A DNA stretch of 63,144 bases, counting the filler, from Octopus bimaculoides (taxonomy: Eukaryota): NCBI RefSeq assembly GCF_001194135.2. It is 4 parts of 4 records of this genome, joined end to end, with 100 filler letters (N's around TTAATTAATTAA, not from the genome) between each part and the next. Parts side by side here need not be neighbours in the genome. Positions count along the whole stretch, not along the records: positions 59,955 to 63,144 come from NC_068996.1; 3 more parts are not named here. The stretch is one strand, 5' to 3'. Of the stretch, positions 63,092-63,144 are shown piece by piece. Position 1 is the first letter of the stretch. Each line of letters begins with the position of its first letter. The position numbers were made by a program, and so were the translations under genes. The notes beneath the pieces are model-generated. The model had not been told where the DNA came from and searched no databases. It was given only the letters and a program-made list of their open reading frames with translations.

Positions 63092-63144
63092 ATCTGTTAA
63101 TCAATTAATCATTCAATCTATCAATCAATCAATCAATCAATCTA
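62915..63144. repeat. (CCAT)n(CT)n(TA)n(TCAA)n compound microsatellite
   Basis: Direct reading. Confidence 0.95.

Overview
Repeat-saturated, gap-rich animal genomic DNA. The microsatellite density, tRNA-derived SINE families and LINE content point to an octopod cephalopod; this is inference. No host protein-coding gene can be supported, and most long ORFs in the track are microsatellite or N-gap artefacts. The window holds three tRNA-headed SINE families in many copies, several decayed R4/Dong-type restriction-like-endonuclease (RLE) LINEs mostly bounded by (TAA)n, a Tx1/L1 LINE, an RTE fragment, a mariner MITE, an internally deleted DD37D (maT) transposon, a Helentron-type non-autonomous element, and two old and one young minisatellite. 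The most interesting signal is a set of Penelope-type minimal hammerhead ribozyme motifs. One family occurs as a composite of tRNA head, (AAT)n linker and hammerhead tail. It has an intact catalytic core at 32383-32428 and forms a back-to-back inverted insertion with an 11-bp target-site duplication inside a Tx1 LINE (45131-45699). A second hammerhead lies downstream of a GIY-YIG fragment (54972-55016), and weaker hammerhead-like motifs occur at about 17.1-17.6 kb and 33.4 kb.
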